A stretch of DNA of 64,000 nucleotides, from assembly GCA_027064425.1 (NCBI GenBank), contig JAMOPO010000057.1, forward strand, positions 32,001-96,000. The letters run 5' to 3'. The notes beneath the pieces are model-generated. The model was not told the DNA's origin and ran no database searches. It saw nothing but the letters and a program-made list of their open reading frames with translations. How positions within the stretch are numbered: the stretch's first letter is position 1; every line of letters begins with the position of its first letter. The translations under genes and the position numbers were made by a program. This document shows, one piece after another, positions 56,248-64,000 of the stretch. The DNA comes from Methanobacteriota archaeon (lineage in GTDB: Archaea; JAADCQ01; Methanopyri; Methanopyrales; Methanopyraceae).

Positions 56248-56304
56248 GGGATGAGGAGGTCCCCCAGAGCCGAGCCGGATGAGGAGTGGACTCGGGACCG
56301 ACCC
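56248..56304 (+). ncRNA. Box C/D guide sRNA candidate with own promoter
   Basis: GGG-ATGAGGA-GGTCCCCCAGAG-CCGA-GCCGG-ATGAGGA-GTGGACTCGGGA-CCGA-CCC; both guides 12 nt; TTATGATA about 29 nt upstream. Confidence 0.85.
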
Positions 56305-56383
56305 ACCCGGCCCCGCTTTCACCGACGACGAGTGCGGACACAACCGATCGCAGGCCCTCGCCGCTCCCTGGGGGACACCCATC

Positions 56384-57175
56384 ATGCGGTGGATGCGGTG
56401 GAGAGCCTGGCGGCCCCCGTTAGACCGCTTGATACCCTGGAGAGTTACCATCGCCCTGATTCTGCTCGTCTTCGTCCTTGTCTGCGCCGCCGGCGCCCTC
56501 GCGCTGGTGGCGGCCAAGGGAGTGACGCGCATGAGCGCGAGGACGTACGTCGAGAACTTTAGCGGCGACGCGCCGAACCGCCTGAGCGTCAGCGTCACCG
56601 TCACGGGAGACGGCGACACGCTCGCGAGCTGGAGCGTCGACGGCATGAAGAGCAAGTCGGTGTCTAGGAGCTGGTTCGGGATGGTGGGTAGCGTCACGGT
56701 GACCCTCGACGCCAACTACCGCGCCACTTGGCTGAGCGTGGGGGCGAGTAAGACCGTAGCGATACGCTTCGACCGTGACGAGAACGGTCGCGTGCGCGTA
56801 CGAGTGAGTGGCGATTCCTCCGCGGTGGCGACCAGCACCGAGGACGGCAGACCGATGCTCGCGTGGCTGGTGTGCGAGAGGGGCGAGGGCGGGCAGGCCT
56901 GCGTGCTGATCATGAGGGTCGAGCCGGTCGACGGTCACGGGTGGAAGGTGGAGCACGACGGGGACCGCCCCGTCGTATGCTGGGAAGCCGAGAAGGAGGC
57001 CCGTATCAGGCTCAAGGTGATCGGGGTGGGGACGGAGGGAACGGTCACGCGAGTCATCGACATCACGTGGTCTCACAGCCGGTGGCCCTGGCGCGAGTCC
57101 GGGAGCACCGCCGAAGAGCGGGCCAGCCTCATCGACCTAGTCGTTCCCTGGCCCTTTCTTGCCCTGCCGGAGTGA
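56384..57175 (+). CDS. Hypothetical membrane-anchored beta-rich protein
   Basis: N-terminal TM (IALILLVFVLVCAAGALALV) followed by beta-strand-like extracellular region. Confidence 0.55.
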   Translation: MRWMRWRAWRPPLDRLIPWRVTIALILLVFVLVCAAGALALVAAKGVTRMSARTYVENFSGDAPNRLSVSVTVTGDGDTLASWSVDGMKSKSVSRSWFGMVGSVTVTLDANYRATWLSVGASKTVAIRFDRDENGRVRVRVSGDSSAVATSTEDGRPMLAWLVCERGEGGQACVLIMRVEPVDGHGWKVEHDGDRPVVCWEAEKEARIRLKVIGVGTEGTVTRVIDITWSHSRWPWRESGSTAEERASLIDLVVPWPFLALPE

Positions 57176-57381
57176 GGTTTGGAGCCGCCACGAGCGACCG
57201 GGATCGGCCGGGCGTTGAGGGCTCATGGGCCATCAGGTCGGAGCCGGTGTGCAGCTCGTGCGGTCAGCGGGCGGCCCGTCAGAGCCGGTTAAGAGTACCG
57301 CCGGGACCCGGTAGGAGGCAAGGGTGGCGGGGTCGTCGAGCGCCTCAGCGCGCTGGTGGCGGCGCTGGCTGGCCGGCGCAG

Positions 57382-58005
57382 TCACTCCTTCTCCAGGGTC
57401 CTGCGGAGCTCCTCGGTCTTGCCGGCGATGGTGACCTCACTGCGGGTCTTCTCGAGCAGCGAGCGGGCGACGTCCTGCTTCCGCTTGAGGTTGGGCACGA
57501 CGGCGCGCGGGTAGTCGAAGGTCATGGTGAGGGAGTAGATTTCCTCCATGATGCTGAGGAACTCCTCGGCGCGGTCGAGCTCTCCCTCGCGGAGGGCGTC
57601 GACGACGATGCGTCGGAGCTCGCCCACGACGTCGAGGAGACCGAGGAGGTAGGCGCGCGGGCTCACGTTGATCTCGTCCGGGGTGGGCACGCGGCGCTCT
57701 TTGACGATGCGGTACAGGATCTCCGCCTCGGCGTACTCCTGAAGGTGGTTCTCGGCGAAGCCGGTGCGGAGGAGCTCTGGGAAGTCGCCGAGCAGGTCGT
57801 GGAGCTTGGAGACCAGCTCGGCCGCCTTGTCGAGCTTGTCGCGGGCGGCCTCGAGGTCGCCGCGGTGGATCTCGTACACGGCCTCGGAGCTGAGCTTGTG
57901 GAGGTCTCGGAGGATGACCTGAGCCTCGTCCCGGGCCTCGTCGAGGGCGTCGAGCTCTCCGCGGATCTCCTCGACCACGTCGCGGAGCCGGTCAACCTCG
58001 GCCAT
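57382..58005 (-). CDS. Translin/TRAX family protein
   Basis: QEYAEA, YLLGL.DVVGELRR, LKRKQD. Confidence 0.85.
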   Translation of the reverse strand: MAEVDRLRDVVEEIRGELDALDEARDEAQVILRDLHKLSSEAVYEIHRGDLEAARDKLDKAAELVSKLHDLLGDFPELLRTGFAENHLQEYAEAEILYRIVKERRVPTPDEINVSPRAYLLGLLDVVGELRRIVVDALREGELDRAEEFLSIMEEIYSLTMTFDYPRAVVPNLKRKQDVARSLLEKTRSEVTIAGKTEELRRTLEKE

Positions 58006-58081
58006 GGGGGGCGGTTCCCCCCGTAACGGAGTTTAACCTCGGTACGTTGACCAGGCGTAGAGTCGCCCGGGGGCCCACGAG

Positions 58082-59158
58082 GTGGTCGACTGGCGGGAAA
58101 TACCGGTGAGGCCGACGCCGGTCGCGGTAAAGAAGCTGAAGGAGGCGTGTCCGACGGTTGAGTCGCTGCCGTTCGACCCGATCCCTAAGCGGCTGGAGGA
58201 CGGGGTGAACCCGAGCCCGGTGTGCGGGTTCAGCCGGGCGCACCCCATGTTCTTCGGGGACGGGCCGAAGGAGTCGCACTGGCGGGAGGGGCTGTGGTCG
58301 GAGCTGGAGGTGTTCCTGAGGGTTCGCCCGCGGAAGCTCCACTGGGATGAGGTGATCCTCGGGTTTCTCGACCTGGTGGGGGCCGTCTGCCGCCGGGCTA
58401 GTGAGTTCTTTCTGGAGCCCTCGATGGGGGAGGCGCTGCGCGTTTGCACGGCGCTCAGGATGCTCGGGAGGCTGTGCCAGGAGGGTGAGTCGAAGGGCGT
58501 CTCGAGCGGCACCCTGAGCGAGGCTCTCGAGGTCATCTCTGGGGTGCTGGAGGTCGAGCTGGACTTCCTAACCTCGAGCCAGTCCCTGCTGCTGTCGACC
58601 GGGCTGCTGGACGCGTTCAAGCGGTGTCTGCCGCTGCGTCCCTCGTGCTGGGTTGAGTTCGCCCTGCAGTGTCACGCCTGCGCGCACCGCGGCGTGAAGG
58701 CCGAGGACGTGCTCGAGGACGTGGAGGAGCTGGGGGTGGAGGATGCCGAGGAGTGCCGCGGCCGCGTTGAGCGCGCCGTCGACCTGGCGGTGAGGGGGCT
58801 CGAGGACCGGATCGGCGAGCTGGTGGGCCGGTACCGCCTGAGCGAGCTGATGAGCATGGACGTGGAGGAGTTCGCGGAGCGAGTCTCCGAGACCCTGGCC
58901 GACGCGCTGGCGCTGCACGCTAAGCCGGTGGTCGCGCTGGTGGAGGAGCCCGAGGGAATAGTGGAACGATGGTTGTCCGTGCCGGAGGATATTGAGGTCG
59001 ACGACGTTAAGGTGCCGCCCGGCGAGTACGATCCGATGTGGAGGGACGCGGAGCGCACCGAGCGGGCCTTCGCCAGGGTTGACGTGAAGGAGCTGGTGAA
59101 GCGGAGGTTCCGGAAGTTAATCGAGGAGATCCGGGAGGCGCTCGGGTCCGGCCGATGA
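58082..59158 (+). CDS. Hypothetical protein
   Basis: 358-aa ORF with host codon bias, helical; no recognised motif. Confidence 0.65.
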   Translation: MVDWREIPVRPTPVAVKKLKEACPTVESLPFDPIPKRLEDGVNPSPVCGFSRAHPMFFGDGPKESHWREGLWSELEVFLRVRPRKLHWDEVILGFLDLVGAVCRRASEFFLEPSMGEALRVCTALRMLGRLCQEGESKGVSSGTLSEALEVISGVLEVELDFLTSSQSLLLSTGLLDAFKRCLPLRPSCWVEFALQCHACAHRGVKAEDVLEDVEELGVEDAEECRGRVERAVDLAVRGLEDRIGELVGRYRLSELMSMDVEEFAERVSETLADALALHAKPVVALVEEPEGIVERWLSVPEDIEVDDVKVPPGEYDPMWRDAERTERAFARVDVKELVKRRFRKLIEEIREALGSGR

Positions 59159-59210
59159 GGAGCCCACCCCGGTGCCGACGGGAGATGGGGAGGGGCTAGG
59201 GTACCGAGGC
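59151..59210 (+). ncRNA. Box C/D guide sRNA candidate
   Basis: GCC-G-ATGAGGA-GCCCACCCCGGTG-CCGA-CGGGAG-ATGGGGA-GGGGCTAGGGTA-CCGA-GGC; box C contains the upstream stop codon. Confidence 0.8.
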
Positions 59211-59272
59211 GCCTCGGCCCCCGTCCAACTCGTCATCGGGCCCCTCAGACTCGGGGTAGGATCCTCATCGGC
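59211..59272 (-). ncRNA. Box C/D guide sRNA candidate
   Basis: GCC-G-ATGAGGA-TCCTACCCCGAGT-CTGA-GGGGCCCG-ATGACGA-GTTGGACGGGGG-CCGA-GGC. Confidence 0.85.
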
Positions 59273-59273
59273 C

Positions 59274-60632
59274 TCACGAGCGCACCAGGCGGGCGGTAAA
59301 GAAGCCCTCGGTCCGGTGCCGGTGGGGCCACAGGCGCCTGACGCGGTCGTGCCACGGGTAGCGCTGACCGCGCCACCGCTCGACGCCGGGCGATCCGAGG
59401 TCGAACGGCTCCTCGGGCTCGAACCCATCCTCTTCCCGGAGGAACCGGCGGACGACCTCCTCGTTCTCGACGACCGTGACGGAGCACGTGGAGTACACGA
59501 GCGAGTGCTCGGCCAGCGGGGCGACGCCCCGGAGAATGGCCAGCTGCCCGCGAGCGTACCGGTTGACGTGCCGCCAGCGGACGGTCCACCGGGTTTCGGG
59601 CGACCGGGCGTACGCGCCGGAGCTCGAGCAGGGTGGATCGACGAGCACGTGGTCGAACCGCTCCGAGTCGAGCTCCCGCTCCAGCTCGGTGGCGTCCGCG
59701 CGGCGGATCCGCGCCTCGACGCCCCACCGCCGGAAGTTCCGGCGCATCTCGCGGAGCCGGCGCGGGTTCACGTCCACGCACGTGAGCTCGATCTCGCCCT
59801 CCGCCAGGGCGTAGAGGTAGGCGGACTTGTTCCCCGGGGCCGCGCACGCGTCCAGGACCGAGTCGCCCGGGTCGGGCCGCAGGGCGTACGCCGCGGCGGC
59901 CGAGGCCTTGTCCTGGTACGCGACCCAGCCCCGGCGGTACGGCTCCGTGCGGACGGGCGGAACGTCGTGTTCCACCACCCGGAGGATCAAGGGGACGTCT
60001 GGGTCCTCCTCGACCACCACCCCCTCCTTCTCCAGCTCGAGCACGACCTTGTCCGGGTCGATCAGGTGCGCGTGGACGCGGAGGTAACGCTCCGGCTCCC
60101 GATTGTTCGCCTCCATCAGCCGCTCCAGCTCCTCCCGGCCCAGGGTGTCCAGGAGGTGGCGGACGAACCACTCCGGGTGGGAGTACTCGATCGCGAGACG
60201 CTCGATCTCGTCCCGGGCGCGGTCCAGGACGTCGTCCATGGACAGCTCCTCGACGTCGTAGAGGACGGCGTTCACGAACCGAGCCGGGCCCTCACCCAGC
60301 TCGTCGAGCACGATCTTGACGGCCTCGTTGGTGGCGATCGCGGGCTTGACGTCGTTGAACTTCATCTCGAACGTGGCCACGCGGAGCGCGTTGCGCACCC
60401 AGGGGTCCAGGTCCCGAACGCTCGAGTTCCGTACGGCCGCCTCCAGGAACGCGTCGATGGTCCTCAGCCGCTTCATCAGCTCCATGCAGTACGCGTGGAT
60501 GGTTCCCCAGACCTTATGATCCTCGACGCCCTCACTCAGCAGCACGCGCTTAACGCAGGAGCGCAGGGACCTGCGCGTGCGCTCCCACCGCACGAGCACG
60601 CGGACGGTCAACTCCTGCCGGCTGAGCCCCAA
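59274..60632 (-). CDS. NusB-domain RsmB/Sun RNA m5C methyltransferase
   Basis: N-terminal LRVATFE..NEAV..FVNAVL; QDKAS, DACAAPGNK, DPPCSSSG, YSTCS...ENE. Confidence 0.9.
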   Translation of the reverse strand: MGLSRQELTVRVLVRWERTRRSLRSCVKRVLLSEGVEDHKVWGTIHAYCMELMKRLRTIDAFLEAAVRNSSVRDLDPWVRNALRVATFEMKFNDVKPAIATNEAVKIVLDELGEGPARFVNAVLYDVEELSMDDVLDRARDEIERLAIEYSHPEWFVRHLLDTLGREELERLMEANNREPERYLRVHAHLIDPDKVVLELEKEGVVVEEDPDVPLILRVVEHDVPPVRTEPYRRGWVAYQDKASAAAAYALRPDPGDSVLDACAAPGNKSAYLYALAEGEIELTCVDVNPRRLREMRRNFRRWGVEARIRRADATELERELDSERFDHVLVDPPCSSSGAYARSPETRWTVRWRHVNRYARGQLAILRGVAPLAEHSLVYSTCSVTVVENEEVVRRFLREEDGFEPEEPFDLGSPGVERWRGQRYPWHDRVRRLWPHRHRTEGFFTARLVRS

Positions 60633-60657
60633 CCCTCCTCCCCCCGGGGGAAGCCCC

Positions 60658-61614
60658 GTGTACCTGGCCGAGGTGATCGGGGACGAGGCGCGGCGGATCG
60701 GGGTGCTCGGGATCGGCGGCGGTGGGGACATCGTCGGCGCGGCCCACACCTACCGGCGGGCCCGGGTGGACCTGGACCCCGAGCTGCTGGTGCTCGGCGG
60801 TCTCACCTGGGAGCGGGCCGTCGTGGACCCCGAGCCGGGACCGCGCTCGCGGGACGAGATCCTGGGCGACGTGGAGTGGATCCACGACCGGGTGGGGGTG
60901 CTCCGGGGCGAGGCCCGGCCCCGGCGGGGCTCCGAGTTCGCGGAGTCCCGGGTGAGGAGGGTTCTCCGGGAGCTCGGCCACTCGGACGTCCAAGTGGTCC
61001 TGATCGACGTGGGCGGTGGCGTCGAGGGGACCGTCGATGGGCTCCGGGCGCTGATGGATCACTTCGACCTGGACGTGCTCATCGGCGTGGACGTGGGCGG
61101 GGACGCGCTCGCCCGCGGGGACGAGCCGGGCGTGGAGAGCCCGCTCGCGGACTCCATCATGACGTGCTCGCTCGCCAAGCTGGAGGACACGGTGCTCGGC
61201 GTGTTCGGGTGGGGCTCGGACGGAGAGCTGACCCGGGAGGAGCTGCGGCAGCGCTTCTCCGAGATCGCGGCCGAGGGAGGGTACCTCGGGGCCGTCGGCC
61301 TCACTCGGAAGGACGTGGAGTTCCTCAAGTTACTGGTGGAGGAAGTCGAGACCGAGGCCAGCAGGATCCCCCTGCGCGCGGCGGAGGCGGGGGATCTGGG
61401 CCCGATCGAGATCCGGGGTGGGTATCGAACGGTCGAGCTCGGCCCAGCGTCCGTGTGCACCTTCTACTTCGACCCGACCGCGGTGGCGCGCGGGAGCATC
61501 CTGTGCGAGCTGGTCGACGGGACGTGCAGCGTGGAGGAGGCACACGAGCGCGTGCGCAGCGAGCTCGGGATTAAGACGGAGCTGGACTGGGAGCGGGAGC
61601 GAGCGGAGCGGTAG
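60658..61614 (+). CDS. DUF1152 family protein
   Basis: GIGGGGD, GVDVGGDALA.G.E...SPLAD, GWGSDGEL. Confidence 0.85.
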   Translation: MYLAEVIGDEARRIGVLGIGGGGDIVGAAHTYRRARVDLDPELLVLGGLTWERAVVDPEPGPRSRDEILGDVEWIHDRVGVLRGEARPRRGSEFAESRVRRVLRELGHSDVQVVLIDVGGGVEGTVDGLRALMDHFDLDVLIGVDVGGDALARGDEPGVESPLADSIMTCSLAKLEDTVLGVFGWGSDGELTREELRQRFSEIAAEGGYLGAVGLTRKDVEFLKLLVEEVETEASRIPLRAAEAGDLGPIEIRGGYRTVELGPASVCTFYFDPTAVARGSILCELVDGTCSVEEAHERVRSELGIKTELDWERERAER

Positions 61615-61625
61615 GGGGTCAACCC

Positions 61626-62468
61626 TTGATCCCGAACCGCGTCCGGGTCGAGCGCGTGGTGCGGTGGGCCCTGGAGGAGGACGTCGGCCGCGCCGACGTG
61701 ACCTCTTCAGTAGTTCGGGACGAGGAGGCCGGGGCCGTGATCGTGGCTAAAGAGGCGGGGGTCGTGTCGGGCACGCTGCCCGCGAGGACCGCCTTCGAGC
61801 TGCTGGACTGCGACGTGGAGGTGCTGGTTCGAGACGGGGAAGAGGTCGAGGAGGGGGAGGAGGTGCTCCGAATCGAGGGCCGGGCCGTCGACGTGCTCGC
61901 GGCCGAACGGGTGGCGCTCAACTTCCTCATGCACCTGTCCGGGATCGCGACGGCGACCCGGGAGGTCGTGGAGAGGGTCCGCCGGGTGAACCCGGACGTG
62001 ACGGTGGCCGCGACGAGGAAGGTGCACCCGATCACGGGCTTCCTGGAGAAGAAGGCCGTGGCGGACGGGGGCGGCGATCCGCACCGGCTGGGCCTGGACG
62101 ACGCCGTGCTCATCAAGGACAACCATCTGGCCCTGGTCGGGTCGGTGGAGGAGGCCGTGCGCCGGGCCCGGGAGGAGGTAGGGTTCACCAAGCTCGTGGG
62201 AGTGGAGGTCGAGTCGCCGGAGGAGGCCGAGGAGGCGGCCCGCGCGGGCGCGGACCACGTGCTGCTCGATAACATGCCGCCAGAGCGCGTGCGAGAGGCG
62301 GTCAAGCGGGTGAGGAGGATCGACGACGAGATCATCCTCGAGGCCTCGGGCGGAATCACCCCGGAAAACGCGCCCGAGTACGCCCGTACCGGGGTGGACG
62401 TGATCTCCCTGGGCTGGCTGACGCACTCTGCGCCCGCCCTCGATATGAGCATGCGCGTGGTCACCTGA
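61626..62468 (+). CDS. nadC: Quinolinate phosphoribosyltransferase
   Basis: ERVALN, SGIAT, ATRK, HRLGL, IKDNH, LLDN, EASGG. Confidence 0.95.
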   Translation: MIPNRVRVERVVRWALEEDVGRADVTSSVVRDEEAGAVIVAKEAGVVSGTLPARTAFELLDCDVEVLVRDGEEVEEGEEVLRIEGRAVDVLAAERVALNFLMHLSGIATATREVVERVRRVNPDVTVAATRKVHPITGFLEKKAVADGGGDPHRLGLDDAVLIKDNHLALVGSVEEAVRRAREEVGFTKLVGVEVESPEEAEEAARAGADHVLLDNMPPERVREAVKRVRRIDDEIILEASGGITPENAPEYARTGVDVISLGWLTHSAPALDMSMRVVT

Positions 62469-63426
62469 GCCGCTCCCGGAGCTCGCGGACGAAGTCCGAG
62501 AGCGTCATGACGAACCGGGCGTCCGCGATCCGGTGCGCGTACGCGTCCGGGTCGGGGTTCACCGACACCACGAAGTCCGACTCGAACCGGACCGCGAACG
62601 CGTCGAAGGAGGCGCCCACGAGGAACAGCACGTCCTCCCGCACGGTGTTGCCCGTGTTGACGCCCGTCGGCGGAATCCCGGGGAGGAACTTGGACGCGTG
62701 CTTGGTGCAGTACACCCGGACCTTGAGCCCCGCCTCCTTCAGCGTCTCCTTCAGTCGATTCACCTCCTTCCACTCGTTCCCGAGGGAGGACGTCACCGCC
62801 GGCAGATCACCCGAGACGTCGCCCAACACCCCCTTCCCGACCACGAGGGCCACGCTGTCGTAGAACTCGAGCGCGCGCAGCAGCTCCTCCCAGCCCGCCT
62901 CTCCCGTCGGTTCAACCTGGGCCTCCCCCGACGGTGGCCGGCTCGACAGGAGCAAGTCCTCCGTCAGGATCACGCACGCGAGCCTGTGCTCCTTCCGGGA
63001 CGTCTTGGCGGCGCGGACTATCGCGTCCTCGACCTCCTCCTGGGTCCCAGGCACTTCTACCCGGAGCTTCCACTCCCTCACCACGTCGGGGAGCTCCACG
63101 GAGCACGTGTACGAGCCGCGCCCGTCGGCGTCCAGCCCGACGATTAAGAGCCCCGGCCAGTCGCCCTCCTCCGCGAGGAGCTGCGCCGCCACGTACACTC
63201 CCTTGTCCTTCAACACCGCCGCGCCGAACCCACCGGACTGGGCCAGACCGACCACCAGCCCGACCGCATCGAACTCCGAGGCCACCGGGATGACCTCGAA
63301 CGGCTGGTCCCCCTCCTCCAGCTTCCGAACGACCTCGTTCAGCGGGAACCCCGGCAGGTAGGCGACCGCGTCCGGCTTTAGCCTCCTCAGCGCCCTCAGT
63401 ACCGCCTCCGACCCGAGCCCGGTCAC
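62461..63426 (-). CDS. ThDP-enzyme Pyr-like domain plus DHS-like middle domain, lacking PP domain
   Basis: AYLPGFP, VASEFDAVG, LVVGKG, LFLVGAS, VSVNPD; no GDG..N motif. Confidence 0.55.
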   Translation of the reverse strand: MTGLGSEAVLRALRRLKPDAVAYLPGFPLNEVVRKLEEGDQPFEVIPVASEFDAVGLVVGLAQSGGFGAAVLKDKGVYVAAQLLAEEGDWPGLLIVGLDADGRGSYTCSVELPDVVREWKLRVEVPGTQEEVEDAIVRAAKTSRKEHRLACVILTEDLLLSSRPPSGEAQVEPTGEAGWEELLRALEFYDSVALVVGKGVLGDVSGDLPAVTSSLGNEWKEVNRLKETLKEAGLKVRVYCTKHASKFLPGIPPTGVNTGNTVREDVLFLVGASFDAFAVRFESDFVVSVNPDPDAYAHRIADARFVMTLSDFVRELRERLR

Positions 63427-63438
63427 CCCAGACCCCCC

Positions 63439-64000
63439 ATGGGGACCGCCACGATGATCCTGCGCTTCGTACTCCTGCTCTCGCTACCGGTCCCGGTCGA
63501 AGGGGCGGAGATCCAGTGGGTGAAGCTGGCTCCCGGAACCGAGTTTCTGGCACCGGGTCCGCTGATTAGGACCATCCGGTTACCCACCGAGGTGCGCTTC
63601 CTGCTGCCGGATCCGGACTTCGGACAGGTCGAGTTCGACTCCGACATTAACGGGGACGGGAGAGTCGACCACGCCTGGTGCGGTGAGGTCGCAGCCCTCA
63701 CGGTGTACAACGTGGCGGTGGCGGAGGGGCTGTGGAGACCCGCCCGCGGGTTCCCGCTGACCCCGGCGGAGCTCGAGAGAATCGAGACCACGTTCGAGAA
63801 GAGCACCGGAATTCCGGTGGAGGACGACCGGTCTAACGCGCCCACAGTCACCTTCATGGCCCCGTACTACCCGGCGCTCGCCGCGATCGCCGGCGGCCCC
63901 ATCGGGGCCCTCGTCTGAGCGGGAGCGCGGTCTGGGGTGACGGTTCCGACGCACGCGGTCGTGATCCTGGGGACCTCGCCTTCCGGCAGCGTCCTGGTGG
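63439..64000 (+). pseudogene. Exported C39-like cysteine peptidase interrupted by in-frame TGA (63916-63918); runs off window
   Basis: Signal peptide, DINGDG loop, WCGEVAA before the stop; frame continues ...THAVVILG...VLV. Confidence 0.5.

Noticed and set aside
56310-56347. Possible extra half C/D unit (CCGA, ACGACGA, 12 nt, CCGA) after the 56248 sRNA
   Set aside because: No proper box C, boxes overlap and no clear terminal stem; could be chance
57176-57381. 200-bp gap between convergent genes with scattered CTGA/CCGA
   Set aside because: Could not assemble a C/D or H/ACA architecture or a credible ORF
1-64000. CRISPR arrays, IS elements, rRNA genes
   Set aside because: No regularly spaced direct repeats, transposase motifs or rRNA-length conserved sequence seen

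Overview
This window is core chromosome of a GC-rich hyperthermophilic methanogen, most likely a Methanopyrus species. The evidence is C8 in both tRNAs, a non-catalytic tRNA-endonuclease subunit, SepS, com and mptB genes, a MurG-like glycosyltransferase and very acidic proteins. It contains the exosome/proteasome/RNase P superoperon, a divergent coenzyme M cluster, the rpl3-4-23-2 block, the Gins-rpl44e-rps27e-aIF2a-nop10 cluster, trp/dap/leu/his/aro/thi/nad genes and two CAU tRNAs, one with a 39-nt BHB intron. No CRISPR array, transposase or integrase was seen. The ORF track misses a dense RNA layer: eight box C/D guide candidates (including a tail-to-tail pair) and a two-hairpin K-turn H/ACA guide whose first pocket predicts the same target segment as one C/D guide. 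Other points of interest are a co-transcribed GCS2-like carboxylate-amine ligase / amidohydrolase / N-formylglutamate-hydrolase module, the same CGTTA-N9-TAACG palindrome behind both tRNAs, conserved genes lacking a canonical start codon (dapF, rnp3), and a C39-like peptidase interrupted by an in-frame UGA. Many starts were moved relative to the ORF track using SD position and family motifs. rRNA target assignments come from recalled consensus sequences and need checking.
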